A stretch of 64,000 nt of DNA, from contig OZ024740.1 in assembly GCA_964016885.1 (NCBI GenBank), positions 240,002,001 to 240,066,000 of the forward strand, in the 5' to 3' direction. A model generated the notes under the pieces. That model did no database searches, had not been told where the DNA came from, and saw nothing but the letters and a program-made list of their open reading frames with translations. Positions within the stretch are counted from its first letter, which is position 1; every line of letters starts with the position of its first letter. Positions 13,199-26,700 of the stretch are shown here, piece after piece. Both the position numbers and the translations under genes were made by a program. Origin of the DNA: Eledone cirrhosa. Its lineage: Eukaryota.

Positions 13199-14360
13199 AA
13201 TATATATATAGCAGTAATAAACGAAGCCAAATTTTAAATATTTGACTTATTTATTTTATTCTACATTACTCCGGAGTAACCAAACCAACCTGAGCACTTC
13301 GTCGAGTGCTCCAATCTGCATACTGAGGTGTTGGTAAACAACCAACATATGGTCAATATATATATATATTCTATCTTTTATTTCTCACTCTATTTTCTGA
13401 TTAAGGACTTGCTATTTCAAGCGTTAAATTAATACTCAACACTCCTGAGCCAACAGGACATACTGGACGCTGTTGGAAGGAAAGAAGGTTGCAACAATGC
13501 TAGGCTGGTACTTTTTTTCTCGACCCCGAAAGGATGAAATGTAAAGTGAAACTCGGCGAGGTTCTCTTATAATCTGCGAGAGACTGGTATTGGTATTTCA
13601 TAGGCGCAGTTTTGTGTGACACCAAAGTATCTGCAGCAATAGGCCCAATGTCTATATGTTGAATCGGCTGGAGAGATAGAATTACAGATGAGAAGATCCC
13701 AAAATAGAGATCTTTACATCATAGATTATAGTGGAAAATATTTGTAGAACATGAGTGCTACTCTCAATGTCTCAGTGATTATCATCTGATGACAAGCCTA
13801 AGCAAGATGAGCAGCCGCCCAGTAAACCGCAGTTCTCACTTCACATGTTCTCTCTCTTAGAAGAATGCCGTAACAATAGCTCGAGGTTCTTTACTTACAG
13901 TGAACATGCTGCGCATCCTCACACCAACAGTAGGGATTTCTGAGTTCCTGTGTTGTGATGGGTTATCATAATTATGATTAAGGGGTCCCGTCTACCCCAG
14001 GTTTGAAATCAGAGTCTCTTAGACAGACTCACCCAAGGCTTTACAAGATCTGTCTACCTGGAGCAAATGGTTTTAAGGTGCCAACGACTCATCTTTACCC
14101 TTTCTCTTTCACGGAAAGGCCGGAAGCTGGGCTTCTATTGGCAGAGGCTATATCAGATGTAATCCGTTTGGTGCGTTTTAGTGGAGAGTAGATTCTCAGG
14201 CCTACTTTCACAGCAATGCAATAACTTTAGATAAGACATACATACATACATGCATACGTACATACATGCATACATACATACATACATACATACATACATA
14301 CATACATACATACATACATACATACATACATACATACATACATACATACATACATACATA

Positions 14361-17031
14361 GGAAGACCTAAAAAAAGTTAGAGAGACGATTTGGAGATAC
14401 AAAATTTAAAACTTTAAACTCCAAATTACACCAGTTGAAACAACTCACAGCTACAACAGAAAGACTAAAATATAAGTCAACGGTACATAAACGACAAGTG
14501 CTAAATAGATTGTTTGCCAGAGATCCCAAATCAGTTTATCGCAGCTTCGGTAGCAAAAGCTCAATCTCTGTAAATGACACCCCTTCAAAAGAACAGGTTG
14601 AGAGCTACTGGAGATCTGTATGGGGAAACGGATTACGGATTCAACAGACAAACTAATTGGCTAAACGAACTGGCACAGGACTACCGCCAACATGTCCAGA
14701 CAAAACAATATGACATAGATAGTCAATACTGAAAACAGTTCTACAGAAAATGTCGAATAGGAAATCACCAGGCCCAGACCTCATTACAGGATACTGGTTG
14801 AAGAATTTCACTTTCTATCGGCAAGATCTCATACGGCTGTTTACAGAAACCATTAAAGGCACACAAGAACTGCCCAGATGGTTATCAACTGCCACTACTC
14901 TCCTCATTCCCAAAAATAGCCTAACCACCCTTGCTAAAAATTACCGCCCAATAGCCTGCCAAAACAACATGTATAAATTATATACTGGGTACCTTAACCT
15001 GTTCTTACAGGATCACTGTGCTACCAACAACATCATAACACCTGAGCAAGCTGGTGGAAAGAGCGAGGTGTGGGGTTGCATAGATCATCTACTAACTAAT
15101 AAAATGATTCAAGAAAAAAACAACAAAGAATCGCAGAAACATGACTGTGGTGTGGCTGGACTATCAAAAAGCATTTGATAGTGTACCTCATGGGTGAATT
15201 GGTAAGACTTTACAGTTAGACAAAGTCCCACAACCATTGGTAGCTGTTCCTGAACGTCTGACCAAGAACTGGTACACCAATTTGATCTTTAGAGGTGAGA
15301 GGGAGCAAGTTAAGACTGATAAGATACATTACCAGAAGGGCATCTTTCAGGGTGATAGCTTGTCAGTGCTACTCTTCGTTCTCTCACTAAATCCACTATC
15401 TTACCTACTCAGGAAACAAGGTGGACAAAGAAGTGGGTCCAGAAGTATCTCCCATCTTTTCTTTGTTGATGACCTGAAGTTGTATGGGCCAAATATCAAT
15501 GACATCAAGAAACAATTAGACCTCATTACACAATTTTCAACAGACATCAAAATGAAATTTGGTGAATCCAAGTGTGCATATTTGGCAGTAAAACGTGGCA
15601 GAGCTGTGCCCTCCTCTAGAAATCTAGAGATGAACGGCCTGACAATACAACCTCTACAGTCAGGTGACAACTACAGATATCTTGGACAGGATGAGAATGT
15701 CAGATATGATGGACCCATAAATAAGGAGAGAACCAGAACTGAATACTTCAGAAGAGTAAAGAAAATAAGGTCATCAGAACTGTCAGCGTACAACAAATAC
15801 CTTGCCCACAATACTTATGCTGTGCCAATTCTAACGCCAACATTTGGCTTGCTGAACTGGTCATTGCAAGAACTAAGTGAGGTGGATGTTAGAACTCGCA
15901 AACTTCTCAGTGTTACTGGGAACTTTAACATCAATGGTGATGTGGATAGGCTATACTTCTCACGCAAGGAAGGTGGTCGGGGTCTAAAATCCATATTAAC
16001 ATCATATGAGACCCGGATAGTAACACTGAAGCAACATCTTCAACAGAGGAAAAAGGTTGGCAACCATCTTGCCCAGGTTTATGAGCTTGAAAAAAAAAAT
16101 ATCACTAGAATAACTACTGATCTGGAGGAGACATATGGAATAAAGCCTGATATAAATCTCTCACCCAGAGAAGTCGGAAGATCCTATTCAATGTTCAGAC
16201 AAGATGAAAAAATTGACCAATTTACAGAAAAAGTTGTGCATGGATACTTGAGACGTAAAACACAGACCATAGAGGGGATAAACCACTCAAAAAGCCTGAC
16301 GTGGAGTTCCGACAAGTTTATGACATCACACCAATACATGAACAAGAACTCCCTACCAAATATCTGCTGCACAAAAGGGGAGGGCCATCAGCTGACAATA
16401 AATGTAGGCTATGTAAAACAAAGATCGAGGATGTAAGCCACATTGTTGTCAGCTGCGAAAGAATGTTATCTCGCTACTACCTCCCCATGAGACACGATGG
16501 GATAGCTAGAACCATCTGGAACGCACTTCGGAAAACAAAATTAACAACAAACGAGGAAGAATATATTGAGACAGATGGCACTAAGGAATACTGGTGGAAC
16601 CTGAAAATAAAAACTGCCACTAAATTAAAGCACAACCGGCCTGATATTGTAGTTTGGGACCACACATTGAAAACGTGTTCTGTTGTGTAGATCAGCTGCC
16701 CACCTGATGTAAACGTTGTCAGAAAAATACAGGAGAAGGAGGACATCTACGGACCATTGATGAGGAGTTTACAAATCCAGTATCCAAGATACACCTTTAT
16801 TATATACCAACCCGCTTGGACCAAAGTATGACTGAACTTGGATTTGCGGACAAAGAACGCAGCTCCCTAATTCATAGTCTACAAATGGCTGCGATAGCTG
16901 GCACCTTCAGAATTTGCAAAACATTCTTGCGATCGATTCAAGGCATGACAATTTCTTTTCTTTTAAAAACCTTGCCAGCAGGAAGGTGGCCGGTAAAAAA
17001 AAAATACTCGATATTAAGAGAAAGAGATAAG
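14361..17031 (+). mobile_element. 5'-truncated R4/Dong-type non-LTR retrotransposon (RT + CCHC + restriction-like endonuclease), frameshifted
   Basis: ORF pieces with KSPGPD, NYRPIAC, GIFQGDSLS, LFFVDDLKLY, GGRGL, CRLC..H...C, RHD, RPDIVV; (CATA)n at the 5' end and tacata at the 3' end. Confidence 0.93.
15237..16436 (+). pseudogene. Reverse transcriptase fragment of the R4/Dong-type element
   Basis: GIFQGDSLSVLLF, FVDD, YRYLG, GGRGL motifs. Confidence 0.9.
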
Positions 17032-20000
17032 ATACATATATATGTGTGTATGTGTGTGTGTATGTCCCACTTAATGTGAAATAGTTATTTCCCAGTCTTA
17101 TGATTAAATGTGTATTGCATTTTCTTCCATAGTTAAGCGTTATATACGTAAAGTATGCCAGAATAATATCATAAATTACATTTTCTTCAAATGCCATCCT
17201 CCTAAGTAGACATTCAAGTATTTGATGATTGGATCATTAAAATCTAAAGTATGTCCATATATCTATATATACAATAAACTGGATATTTCAAATTTTATCA
17301 AATATTTCTTTTTATAAATGGCTTCAATCAAGGTTTACTTTTATAGGCAATTAATGTTATACTTAAATAAAGTCAGACATCTTGTATAGAAAACAAAAAA
17401 ATCAAGGAAATTTGTTATTGTTCTCGAGAGTATGAGATCGCATCTAATCTAACTGAACTCAGCTCTCAACATTTTAAACTACGAATGTGCTAGGATAATG
17501 GTTATGCCATGAATGACTTCAATAACTTGTGTGAAAGTAACTGAAAGAAGTTAGCTACATTGTATCTAATTAGATTATGTTGTTTCTAATTAGTGATAGC
17601 ACAAATGAACAGCGCCTGTTCTCTCCCGAATTAATTATCTCCAGTGGTCTCAGTTCATAGGTTTATAGGATATATTCTGAAAATTGTTTCTAGTTTCATC
17701 AACGTTCGCATTGGTGTAAGAAATAGGACTGGCATACAAATCATGATCATATTTTCTTTTACATATATATATTCAATTCATTTTCATTGTTAGTTGTTTC
17801 GAGAAATATATATGAAAACATGCAGCCTATTTCTCTCTCATTTATTCACGAAACCTTGAGCTAATTTTAGGATCAAGAAATGGAGAATGCTATTGTGTAA
17901 TCACACAAATAATACAATGAAATTGAAAGCGATTATTACCCAGATCTAAGCTGAAAGAAACACTGTCCCTTTTAGTATTTGCCGTTAAGAGTGCTTAAGC
18001 TGATGCAAACTGATTTAATCTTTTCTTGCTCCAGGAAGTAGAAGCTAGCAAATATGTTAACAAAATAATTCCATGTGTACACTTAATAATCTACAAATAG
18101 CTAGTACGTTATTGCAAGAAAAAAATGTTCTTCAATGTTAGAACGGTTCAATCCGGTGACTAGAGAAAAAAATATATTAGAGGTTAAATAACATTTTTCA
18201 CTAGTTGAGCAAGCAAAATAGAAAACTCTTAACGTTTCTGGATTCTCCGCCATCACCGAGAGCACGATAGAAACTATTTCTCTCTCTCTCACTTTCTCTC
18301 TCTCGCTCGCTCACTCTCTCTCTCTCTCTCCCTCTCTCCCTCTCTCTCTCTTTCTCTCTCTCTCTCTTTCTTTCTCTCGCTTCATATATATATGTGTGTG
18401 TGTGTATGTGTGTTTGTGTGTGTTATGTGCGTGTTGTGTGTGTTTGTGTGTATGTGTGTGTGTTTGAGTATGTGTGTGTGTGCGTGTGTATTTGTGTGTG
18501 TGTGTGTGTTTTGTGTGCGCGTGTGTGTGTGTCTGTCTGTGTGTCTATCAGCTAAAGAATTAGATAGTTTTCCTATACGTAATAGAAAATATATATTAAA
18601 TTTACTGGAATATCAAAACAGTTGATTTAGAGATTCATAATTACTGCTCAAAACCTCAATATTTTTGTACTTATTTGCAAAGCTAATCTACATCTTCAAA
18701 TGAGAAACATTCTCTGAATCGTTTAAACTGATGCTCTACAAATCACACGATTGTATTCTGGTGTTAATTCCAATCAATAGAAAGATAGATAAATGCTGTA
18801 TTCGGGACGCTGACTTTTACCCCTAAATTAATCATTTATTGTTTCTAACCCTGGCTGTATTTCCACAATACGTGGCTTGTACAGCAATCTGCTCTATTCG
18901 TTTAGTTTTTCCATTGCTTACCAAGCCTAAATATATTTCAATCCTTTGAACGTTGTTTGTTATGTTTGTTTAATCCCAATAGTTGATAATTTATTAAATA
19001 GTCAAGGTGGTATATTTCTTAATGCATTTGTGAATCTTCTGACAGGTATTCCTTAAACTGCCTCAACTGAAATATTACAGGCATCCTTCTATATTTTGTA
19101 AGAAACATATTGTCTATTTCAACTGTATTATAATCGAGATTAGCTTCTTGTTTTAATTATCTTCACTCGCTGCTCAATTAATTTTATCTACAGGCAGTTA
19201 TTTCTATCGATTGTGTGAGATATTTAGCTCTTTGTTGTGAGCCAACAACGGAGCCTCTATGTGGTCGTTCGAGCTGTTAGAAATAGCAATCAAATCATCC
19301 TCCTATCACACCCTACCAACTTAAAATAAAGCGCGTTGTATAATGTGAATCTGTGTTTTCTGAACACAGATGGATCTGGCTAAAATTCTGTTGATCCTAG
19401 ACCTGTTCGATGAGGCTACACCGTAACAACAATGTCGTAGAAATTACTGATTATACTAATTCATCTATGTCGTTTCTAAAAAGATTCTGAAACTCTCATT
19501 GTTTCTATTTATCTCGAGGGTCTCAGGACATTTGCATCCATTCTTGGAGACCGAGCAACATAATGTATTTCTATATGAACCAATGGGAGTGCCACTACGT
19601 GGTTGTGCTGCTAGAAATAGTAGTAAAATCATCCCAAATCATAATATATGGTATAAAATAAAACAGTGAATAAAGAGATCTTAGGCTAACTGTCGGATAA
19701 GACGGGATAGTCAAGGGCTAGAAAATAGGTCTGGTTAGAATAGAATACTTTGAGCTGCATTGAGGATTCTTTTTAATTACGGTTCGCCTACTGCTAAACG
19801 ACAAGTTTTCTTTCCATATTTACCATGTTCACAAATATTTGGTTTTCCTATAGCTATTCCACGTTTATAATTTTTTTCAACTTTTGTCTCAAGCTTTCTA
19901 TGAAATAATTACTGATAGCAAATTTCCCACCTATTTTCGACCTTATATTCTTAACGTGACTTATAATTACATTATCTCAAAATACATTGGCACCTATGAA

Positions 20001-20521
20001 ACTTTCACTCAACACACTACACCATCTCATTCCATCGTCTACATATATCTTCAAGTATTGTATTCCATACTGAATGTATATATATATATATATATATATA
20101 ATTTCTTTTACATATTGTTAATTCTTCTCTATATAAACGTTTATTCTCAATGAATGTGTTTCACTCACAAAGTTGACTTTAAAACCATTGATATTTACAT
20201 TAATATGAAAAAGAAAGATAAAAACAAAATTAAGTAATGAGAAAAAGGGGAAAGGAGTAAAGAAGGGCAGATCTGGCTGTATGGGAAAATAGAGGAAAGG
20301 ACTATAAATACCATAAATGTACGGAAAAAACAAGGACTCTTGGGCCACAGACGAAAGGGGTGAGGGAGATGGTGGTGAGCTCTGTGCCTAGAGTGGGGCG
20401 GTATTTGGACTGTACCTCGCGGTCAAAACTAGTAGTTACAACACACTTCATCTCTTCTAAATGTTTTCCTGTGTATTTCTTCTCTCATATTACTTTATCT
20501 ATTTTAATATTATATCATGAT

Positions 20522-20740
20522 GTGCAGCTTATTGGCAGAAGGCCTAGAAAACGGAACAAAATGCCTTGTGGTTTTTAATTACGTTTCTTTACGTTCTGAG
20601 TTCAAATCTCGCAAAGGTCAGCTTTGCATTTCATCAATCTGAGGTAAATATAATAAAATACCAGTCGAGTACTGGGGCTGAGTTAATCAATTATTTCTGC
20701 ACCTAAAATGAGTGGCATTATAAATACGTTAAAAATATTT
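20522..20740 (+). mobile_element. Older tRNA-derived SINE subfamily
   Basis: ctgagttcaaatctcgc..agctttgcatttcatc..ataaaataccagtc; similar diverged copies at 22960-23180, 34455-34800, 46880-47030, 53240-53405, 53810-53965, 53983-54145 (minus). Confidence 0.75.
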
Positions 20741-21204
20741 ATTGAAGAATCCCTCAGACCCTCCAGGTATTAGGAACGCTGTCGAGAGAGCCTCAATGTA
20801 TATCGTTTGACCTGTTAGAAATAATAGCTAAATCTCGCTCATCTTATAAAAAGCTAAATGTCTACCATCTTGCAAAACGTCCCATTAGATAATAGATGCA
20901 CTGTGTCTAAAAAATATCAGACTAGATGGCCACGGTTGAAATGAATTTTAGTCATACGACTTGATTAAAGCTAATCCATCTACCACGTATTGTGTAGTAT
21001 GGCCTGCTAGAAATAGCCGCCAAATTTCCATCCATCAAATCAAACCCTACCATATTTTATTTAAGGGATGTAGCGTAGAATCTGGTACTAAATCCACCAC
21101 ACATGAAAATGCGATGAGTTAATCGTGGATGAGATAGCAATAAACGACATTTTTTTTTTAGTTTAGAGAAGCATAAAACATCGTAGACGCAGTAGAAGAA
21201 AGGA

Positions 21205-21295
<91 letters not shown>

Positions 21296-21296
<1 letters not shown>

Positions 21297-22560
21297 CTTT
21301 CTTTTTATTTGCCACCAGGGCATCAAAGAGTGGGACAAGTACAATGAGGGGAGTTTACATAAAAAGGCGTCCTCACTAAGGAGGAGGCAATAACAAAATA
21401 TAAAAATATAAAATATAAAATATAACAAAAATAAATTGAATAACAAAATACTCAATAGGGAGGAGGCGCCTTGTGGGGTCGCACACACCCCCGAAAAAAG
21501 TGTGCAACCCTTCTCTCAGGAGCACAGAGAGAGGGTGCTCCCTTGATCTTTCATCTTTCTCACCTACAGTCTGATGAAGAGTGAAGGCCCATACACACGG
21601 GCCATTCTCGCCACTTTCACCCATCTTTCATAAAAACGGCTGGGGTGCAGCACCTCTTTCTCCATCCTGATCCTTCTTCCGAAATGATATTGGAAGAAAC
21701 TGACCAGTTGTTGGCCAGAGAGAAAGGTGCCTGACCTCAGTCCTTTCAGACGCGTCCACCATACAACTTCTTTCGCCATGGCTATTACGCACAGAAACAC
21801 CGCCTCTCCTTCGTTTTTGAAGAGAGGTCCCGGGCTGAATGTCCTACCGAACAGGTTGGCCAGTTCGTTTTCCTCCATGCCTAGGGCTTCTCCGAGGGCG
21901 TCGTCGCACCTGCTAACCACCTCTATAGAATGACGAGGTGGATTCTCCACTGACAGCCGGGTCCGCCTGCCAGAGAGCCGTGAACGCCTGGGCACACTCT
22001 GTGTGCCAGGCGCCCAGTTTTCTCGGTATTTGCTTGACCCAGGATTGCAGCTCGGTGAGCGAGACGAGTCTGGGAAAGGCTCGCCTCACAAACGGGGCCC
22101 ACATCGGTTGACCGGTGAAGAATACCTGGAGGTGCCGTAGCCTTAATGCGTGTTTACGCATCATCAGCCACAGCATCCCCAGCCCTCTTTTCGAAGGGTG
22201 TTGACAGCAGATGGATCTCCTCACCATAGGAGCCCGCTTCTTCCAAAGGAGTTGGAAGAGTACGCGCTCCATTTTGGCGAGCGTTTCCCTTGGGCAACGC
22301 ACGACGATCAGGCGGTAGTAGATGACGGACGCTAAATAAGTGTCCGCCACCTCCGCCCGACCTTTCAGGGACAGTTTGCACTCGGCCCACTTCTCGGTCA
22401 GTGCACACACCCTGTTCGTTACCTCACCCCAGTTCTTCTCCACCTGGAGGTCTGGTCCGAACCAGACCCCGAGCAACTTCACCGGGCCCTCCGTCCAGCG
22501 CCCGACGACGCCATCGGAGGGCATCGATCTGCCCCCTCCACGTGCCGAGTTGCAGACCGA
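21296..22560 (-). mobile_element. Tx1/L1-clade non-LTR retrotransposon 3' fragment inserted in (GATA)n
   Basis: ORF pieces VKLLGVWFG..EKNW, LSLKGRAEV..LASVIYY, GLG, MAKEVVWWTR typical of the Tx1-like ORF2 C-terminal half; 3' UTR with AATAAA; (ATAG)n at 21205-21294 and 22561-22576. Confidence 0.85.
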
Positions 22561-23930
22561 ATAGATAGACAGACAGTTGGAGAGACAGGGAGGAAGTAGG
22601 AAAGTCAGGCAGACAGAGACAAAGAGAGTAAGAGGGAAACAATGCGTCTATGTACGGTTGTTTGTAGTGTGAGCGAATATTTTGTTAATCAACCGAAGGG
22701 ACTTTTTGAAAATGGTATCTCGAACATATGGCTTTGCAGCAGCAACGATATATCTATCTATGTGTGTGTGTGCATGTGTGTGTGTGAGAGAGAGAGACAG
22801 TGGAGGGAGAGAGAGTAAGAGAGAGGGGGTGTATTCCAATGTAGACGTGAGGTGAGATTTTTAGAGAGTTACCAATTGCCTTTGCCTTCGACTGAACTAT
22901 TTTGGAGTTTTTAAAAAGGAACTTCAGTTGTGTGATGCAGTTTTCTCAATGTTGTATATATTGATTTCTAAATTAGACACAGGGTCAGCAAATTTGAGTG
23001 AAGAGCAAAGTTAATTAAATCCGCCCCAGTACATGACTGGTATTTTTCCTTATCGATGCCGGAAGGATGAAAGTCAAAGTTCACCATGGCGGAAATTGAC
23101 CTCAGAATGTAAAGAACCAGAACAAATACCGCAATGAACTTTTATCCGAAGCTCCACCAATTCTGCTGATTCACTACCTTGGCAATGCTATACATGTTGA
23201 AATCACCATGATAAACCATCACAGATGGTAACCCTGTGCACTAGATGCTGGCATTAACATTAGATTCTAATCATTTTACCTAGTAACTAGAATAATAAAT
23301 AAATAACACGTATGTCTGCGTGTCCTCTTGGATACAAGTATTTATAGTAACAGTCACGAATACATTTAAAAGCACGTATACATATACAATGTACATATTT
23401 CAAATCCACAAAGTCGAACATTGTGGTTCAGTAAAATAAATTTAAAATAAATATATAATCAACATTAATAATATAGACTTGCCATGATATTATAAATATT
23501 TCTAAAGGAATAGCTAAGAAGCGTTTTGAACGTGATAAGTTTGTATTTCGTGCGGATTTCATCGCGTATTTTCAATTATTCTTGGGTGTTAGGTATATGA
23601 GCACAAGACAAGAGAGAGGCAAGAATGGCCCGAGTGAGTGGACCTACTCTGAGTATATGCCTGTAAATTGAAGGCGGAAAACTGGGAGAGGACAATTGCT
23701 CTGGTGGTGAGGGTTACCGTGGCTTTTTTAATGGGCTTTCTCCACGAATATCCCTCGGAAGTCTCCCCCCTATTGGGGAATTTTTCATTGTTCCTTTTTT
23801 TGTTACATCCTCTGGGTTTTTTTACATGCAGAAATGCCCATTTATACCGTCCTGTATTGTCCTGTATTGTCCTTAATGTCTTCCTATGTGTAAACCCTTG
23901 TGGTTGTGGTTAATAAAGAAAGAAAGCATG

Positions 23931-23963
<33 letters not shown>

Positions 23964-24105
23964 GTTGCATTTATCTTGCTTTATGTTCGTACGAGTTATC
24001 ACCAAGTCACAACCAGTGACCTCAAGAGACAACAAGGTCCGCCATGTTCAAGAAAGAACATACATATTCACACATGCATCTTTAGTGTTTAGACTTGTGA
24101 TGTAC

Positions 24106-25338
24106 TTATATTGACAGAATCTTCCTTAGTATATGGGCAGTTCCCATTAGTACTATCTTTTGTATTTCTCCTATACGCGGGTTTCCTGGGATTTGCGATA
24201 TGTAATCATTAGACCCCTTAGGTATCATTCCCAGAGCGCCTACAACCACTGGTATTGTTTTAGTTCTCAATTTCCACATTTTTCCAATTTCTATCTCCAG
24301 GTCCTTATACTTGCTCAATTTTTCAAATGTTTTTATAGATACATTCTTGTCTATTGGAACAGACATATCAATTAGCAGGCATACCCTCTTTTGAAAGTCT
24401 TTCAATATTATATCAGGTCTGTTTGCATCTATTTTTCGGTCTGTTTGGATGCTAAAGTTCCACAAGATTGAGATGTGATCTTTTTCAAGTATGGGAGGTG
24501 GTTGATGCTCCCACCAATTCTTTTGATGGGGCAGGTCAAAATGCTTACACATTATCCAATGTATGTATTGTGCAGCTCTGTCATGCCTGTTTAGGTATTC
24601 GGTTGGAGCTATAGGACTGCACATTGAAATTATATGGTCAATGGTCTCTCGTTGTTTTTTGCATACACGGCATAATGGGCTGCACCCATTTTTTATTATG
24701 TTGGCTTGGTAATTTTTTGTTGGCAGACACTGATCTTGTGCCGATATAATCAGTCCTTCAGTCTCCGATTTCAGTCCAGAGGATGCCAACCACTGATGGG
24801 TTAAAGCTTTGTCAACATCAGGATTGTTAGCTCGCTCTGGGTATTTTCCATACAGAGGCTTTTCTTGCCATTTCTTAGCCAGTTTCTGTAGCAGTTCTTT
24901 CTTTGTAGTTACTTTTACCTGCTTTGCTTTTTCTGTGTTTTCCATTTCAGCAGTAAATGGGACTTCTGAAATTTGTAGTCCATTACTGTATCTTTGTGCA
25001 TCTTTTGTAATGGAATATGATCTTTTGGTGCTTTCCTGTTTCAAAACGAGTTTGATCATCCAATCATGTGATTCCCTTAGATATGTGGATAATCCAATTG
25101 TTGCAGTTTTCAACGCAATGTCTAACTGGATTAACCCACGTCCTCCTTCTTTCCTAGGGAGATATATTCTATCTATGTCTGCCTTAGGGTGATGCATTCT
25201 GTGCATGGTTAAGAATTTTCGGATTTTTGTATCGAGCCTACGGATCTCTGTGCTTGACCAGTTGATGACATTGTAACTGTAGGTTACTACTGGTATGGCA
25301 AGCGTGTTTATGGCATCGATCCTATTCCTTGCATTCAA
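24106..25338 (-). CDS. Thumb, CCHC zinc knuckle and restriction-like endonuclease (same frame as 25390-26700)
   Basis: GGRGL, CRVC..ETIDHIISMC, RHD, NRPDII, LIDMSVP, KLSKY. Confidence 0.93.
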   Translation of the reverse strand: MNARNRIDAINTLAIPVVTYSYNVINWSSTEIRRLDTKIRKFLTMHRMHHPKADIDRIYLPRKEGGRGLIQLDIALKTATIGLSTYLRESHDWMIKLVLKQESTKRSYSITKDAQRYSNGLQISEVPFTAEMENTEKAKQVKVTTKKELLQKLAKKWQEKPLYGKYPERANNPDVDKALTHQWLASSGLKSETEGLIISAQDQCLPTKNYQANIIKNGCSPLCRVCKKQRETIDHIISMCSPIAPTEYLNRHDRAAQYIHWIMCKHFDLPHQKNWWEHQPPPILEKDHISILWNFSIQTDRKIDANRPDIILKDFQKRVCLLIDMSVPIDKNVSIKTFEKLSKYKDLEIEIGKMWKLRTKTIPVVVGALGMIPKGSNDYISQIPGNPRIGEIQKIVLMGTAHILRKILSI

Positions 25339-25389
25339 TTCCGTTCTTAAGATTGCTCTGACTCTGCGGTAACATTCCTTCCTTATCCT

Positions 25390-26700
25390 TTACCTCATTG
25401 TCGAGTGCTTGATTCCGTCTCCTTCACAAACACCTAGATATTTGTAAGTTTGTTCTTGATCAAGCTCTCTTATCACGTTCCCCCGATCAAGATTAATGTC
25501 TGAACTCTTCAGCAGCTTTCCTCTGGTGAACGTTGCTTTGGCGCATTTATCCAGTCCAAACTCCATTTTAATGTCATCACTGAACTGCTTCACAGTGGAT
25601 AATAGCCCTTGCAATTGTTCATCATTTTTTGCAAATAGTTTCAGGTCATCCATGTAGAACATGTGATTAATGGTTTTGTCATAGACTCTATATCCATGTT
25701 TTGTTTCATTGAGCATTTTACTTAATGGTATAAGTGCGATGCAGAATAAAAGCGGTGATAAAGAGTCACCCTGAAAAATTCCACAATTAATGTTAACTTC
25801 TCCAGCTTCCAGTGATTTTGTTTCACTATTCAAAATGAGTGTCGTTCTCCATGTCCTCATACTGAATGACAAAAACCTCCTGACAACGGGGGATATTTTG
25901 AAAATCTCTAAACATTTTTCAATCCAACTGTGTGGCAAACTATCGAATGCTTTTTTATAATCTATCCAAGCAATCGATAGATTTTTGTGTCTATTATGAC
26001 AATCTACCAGTATCATTTTGTTAACCAGAAGCTGATCCTTACAGCCATATGAGCCTCGTTTACACCCTTTCTGCTCAATGGGAAATAGGTCATTTGTTAT
26101 CAGGTGGTCATATGTGTATTCAGTTAGGACTGATGTTAAAATGTTATACATTGTGGTCAAGCAGGTTATCGGTCTGTAATTTTGGGGATTGTTTGTCTCA
26201 TCATTCTTCGGTAGCAGGAATGTAATGCCGTTAACTAGCCATGATGGTATCTTTTCTGGCTCCTTAACTATTTCATTGTAAAGTTGGGCTAACAGCTCAT
26301 GAGACTCTGTGAAGGCATTTATCCAAAAGTTTTGTATTTTGTCTTTTCCTGGGGATTTCCATTTGCTGGTTTTTCTTAGAGCCAAGCGCAGCTGTTCAAC
26401 TGTTATATTTTCCCATGTTTGTTCTTCAAGGTGAGCTGTTTCATTCATTTGTCTGTCTATCCATGGGGCATGTATGTTATGAACTTTTTCTTCGGCCCAG
26501 ATCTTTTCCCAGAATTCTTGCACTTCCTCCTTGGGTGGTATTGATTTAGCAGTTATTGTTGACTTACCAATTTTTCTGTAGAAGTTTCTTTGGTTGTTTT
26601 TGAACATATTATTGTCCTTATAGAATCTAGATCGTTTTTCAAAGCGCCTTATACGAACAGCTTTGGCCGACACTTTTTGCTTGATTGTTTCTATCAGCAT
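25390..26700 (-). CDS. Reverse transcriptase domain (Dong/R4), interrupted ORF
   Basis: WKSPGKD, NYRPITCL, IDYKKAFDS, GIFQGDSLSP, FYMDDLKLF, YKYLG. Confidence 0.93.
   Translation of the reverse strand: MLIETIKQKVSAKAVRIRRFEKRSRFYKDNNMFKNNQRNFYRKIGKSTITAKSIPPKEEVQEFWEKIWAEEKVHNIHAPWIDRQMNETAHLEEQTWENITVEQLRLALRKTSKWKSPGKDKIQNFWINAFTESHELLAQLYNEIVKEPEKIPSWLVNGITFLLPKNDETNNPQNYRPITCLTTMYNILTSVLTEYTYDHLITNDLFPIEQKGCKRGSYGCKDQLLVNKMILVDCHNRHKNLSIAWIDYKKAFDSLPHSWIEKCLEIFKISPVVRRFLSFSMRTWRTTLILNSETKSLEAGEVNINCGIFQGDSLSPLLFCIALIPLSKMLNETKHGYRVYDKTINHMFYMDDLKLFAKNDEQLQGLLSTVKQFSDDIKMEFGLDKCAKATFTRGKLLKSSDINLDRGNVIRELDQEQTYKYLGVCEGDGIKHSTMR

Larger units (their letters stand above)
12874..13357. mobile_element. 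(TA)n-flanked fold-back, hammerhead family B
   Basis: Inverted arms 12874-13090 / 13091-13260 centred on ggaatcatatgattcc; plus arm extends to 13357, then TA repeats; one hammerhead per arm. Confidence 0.85.
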
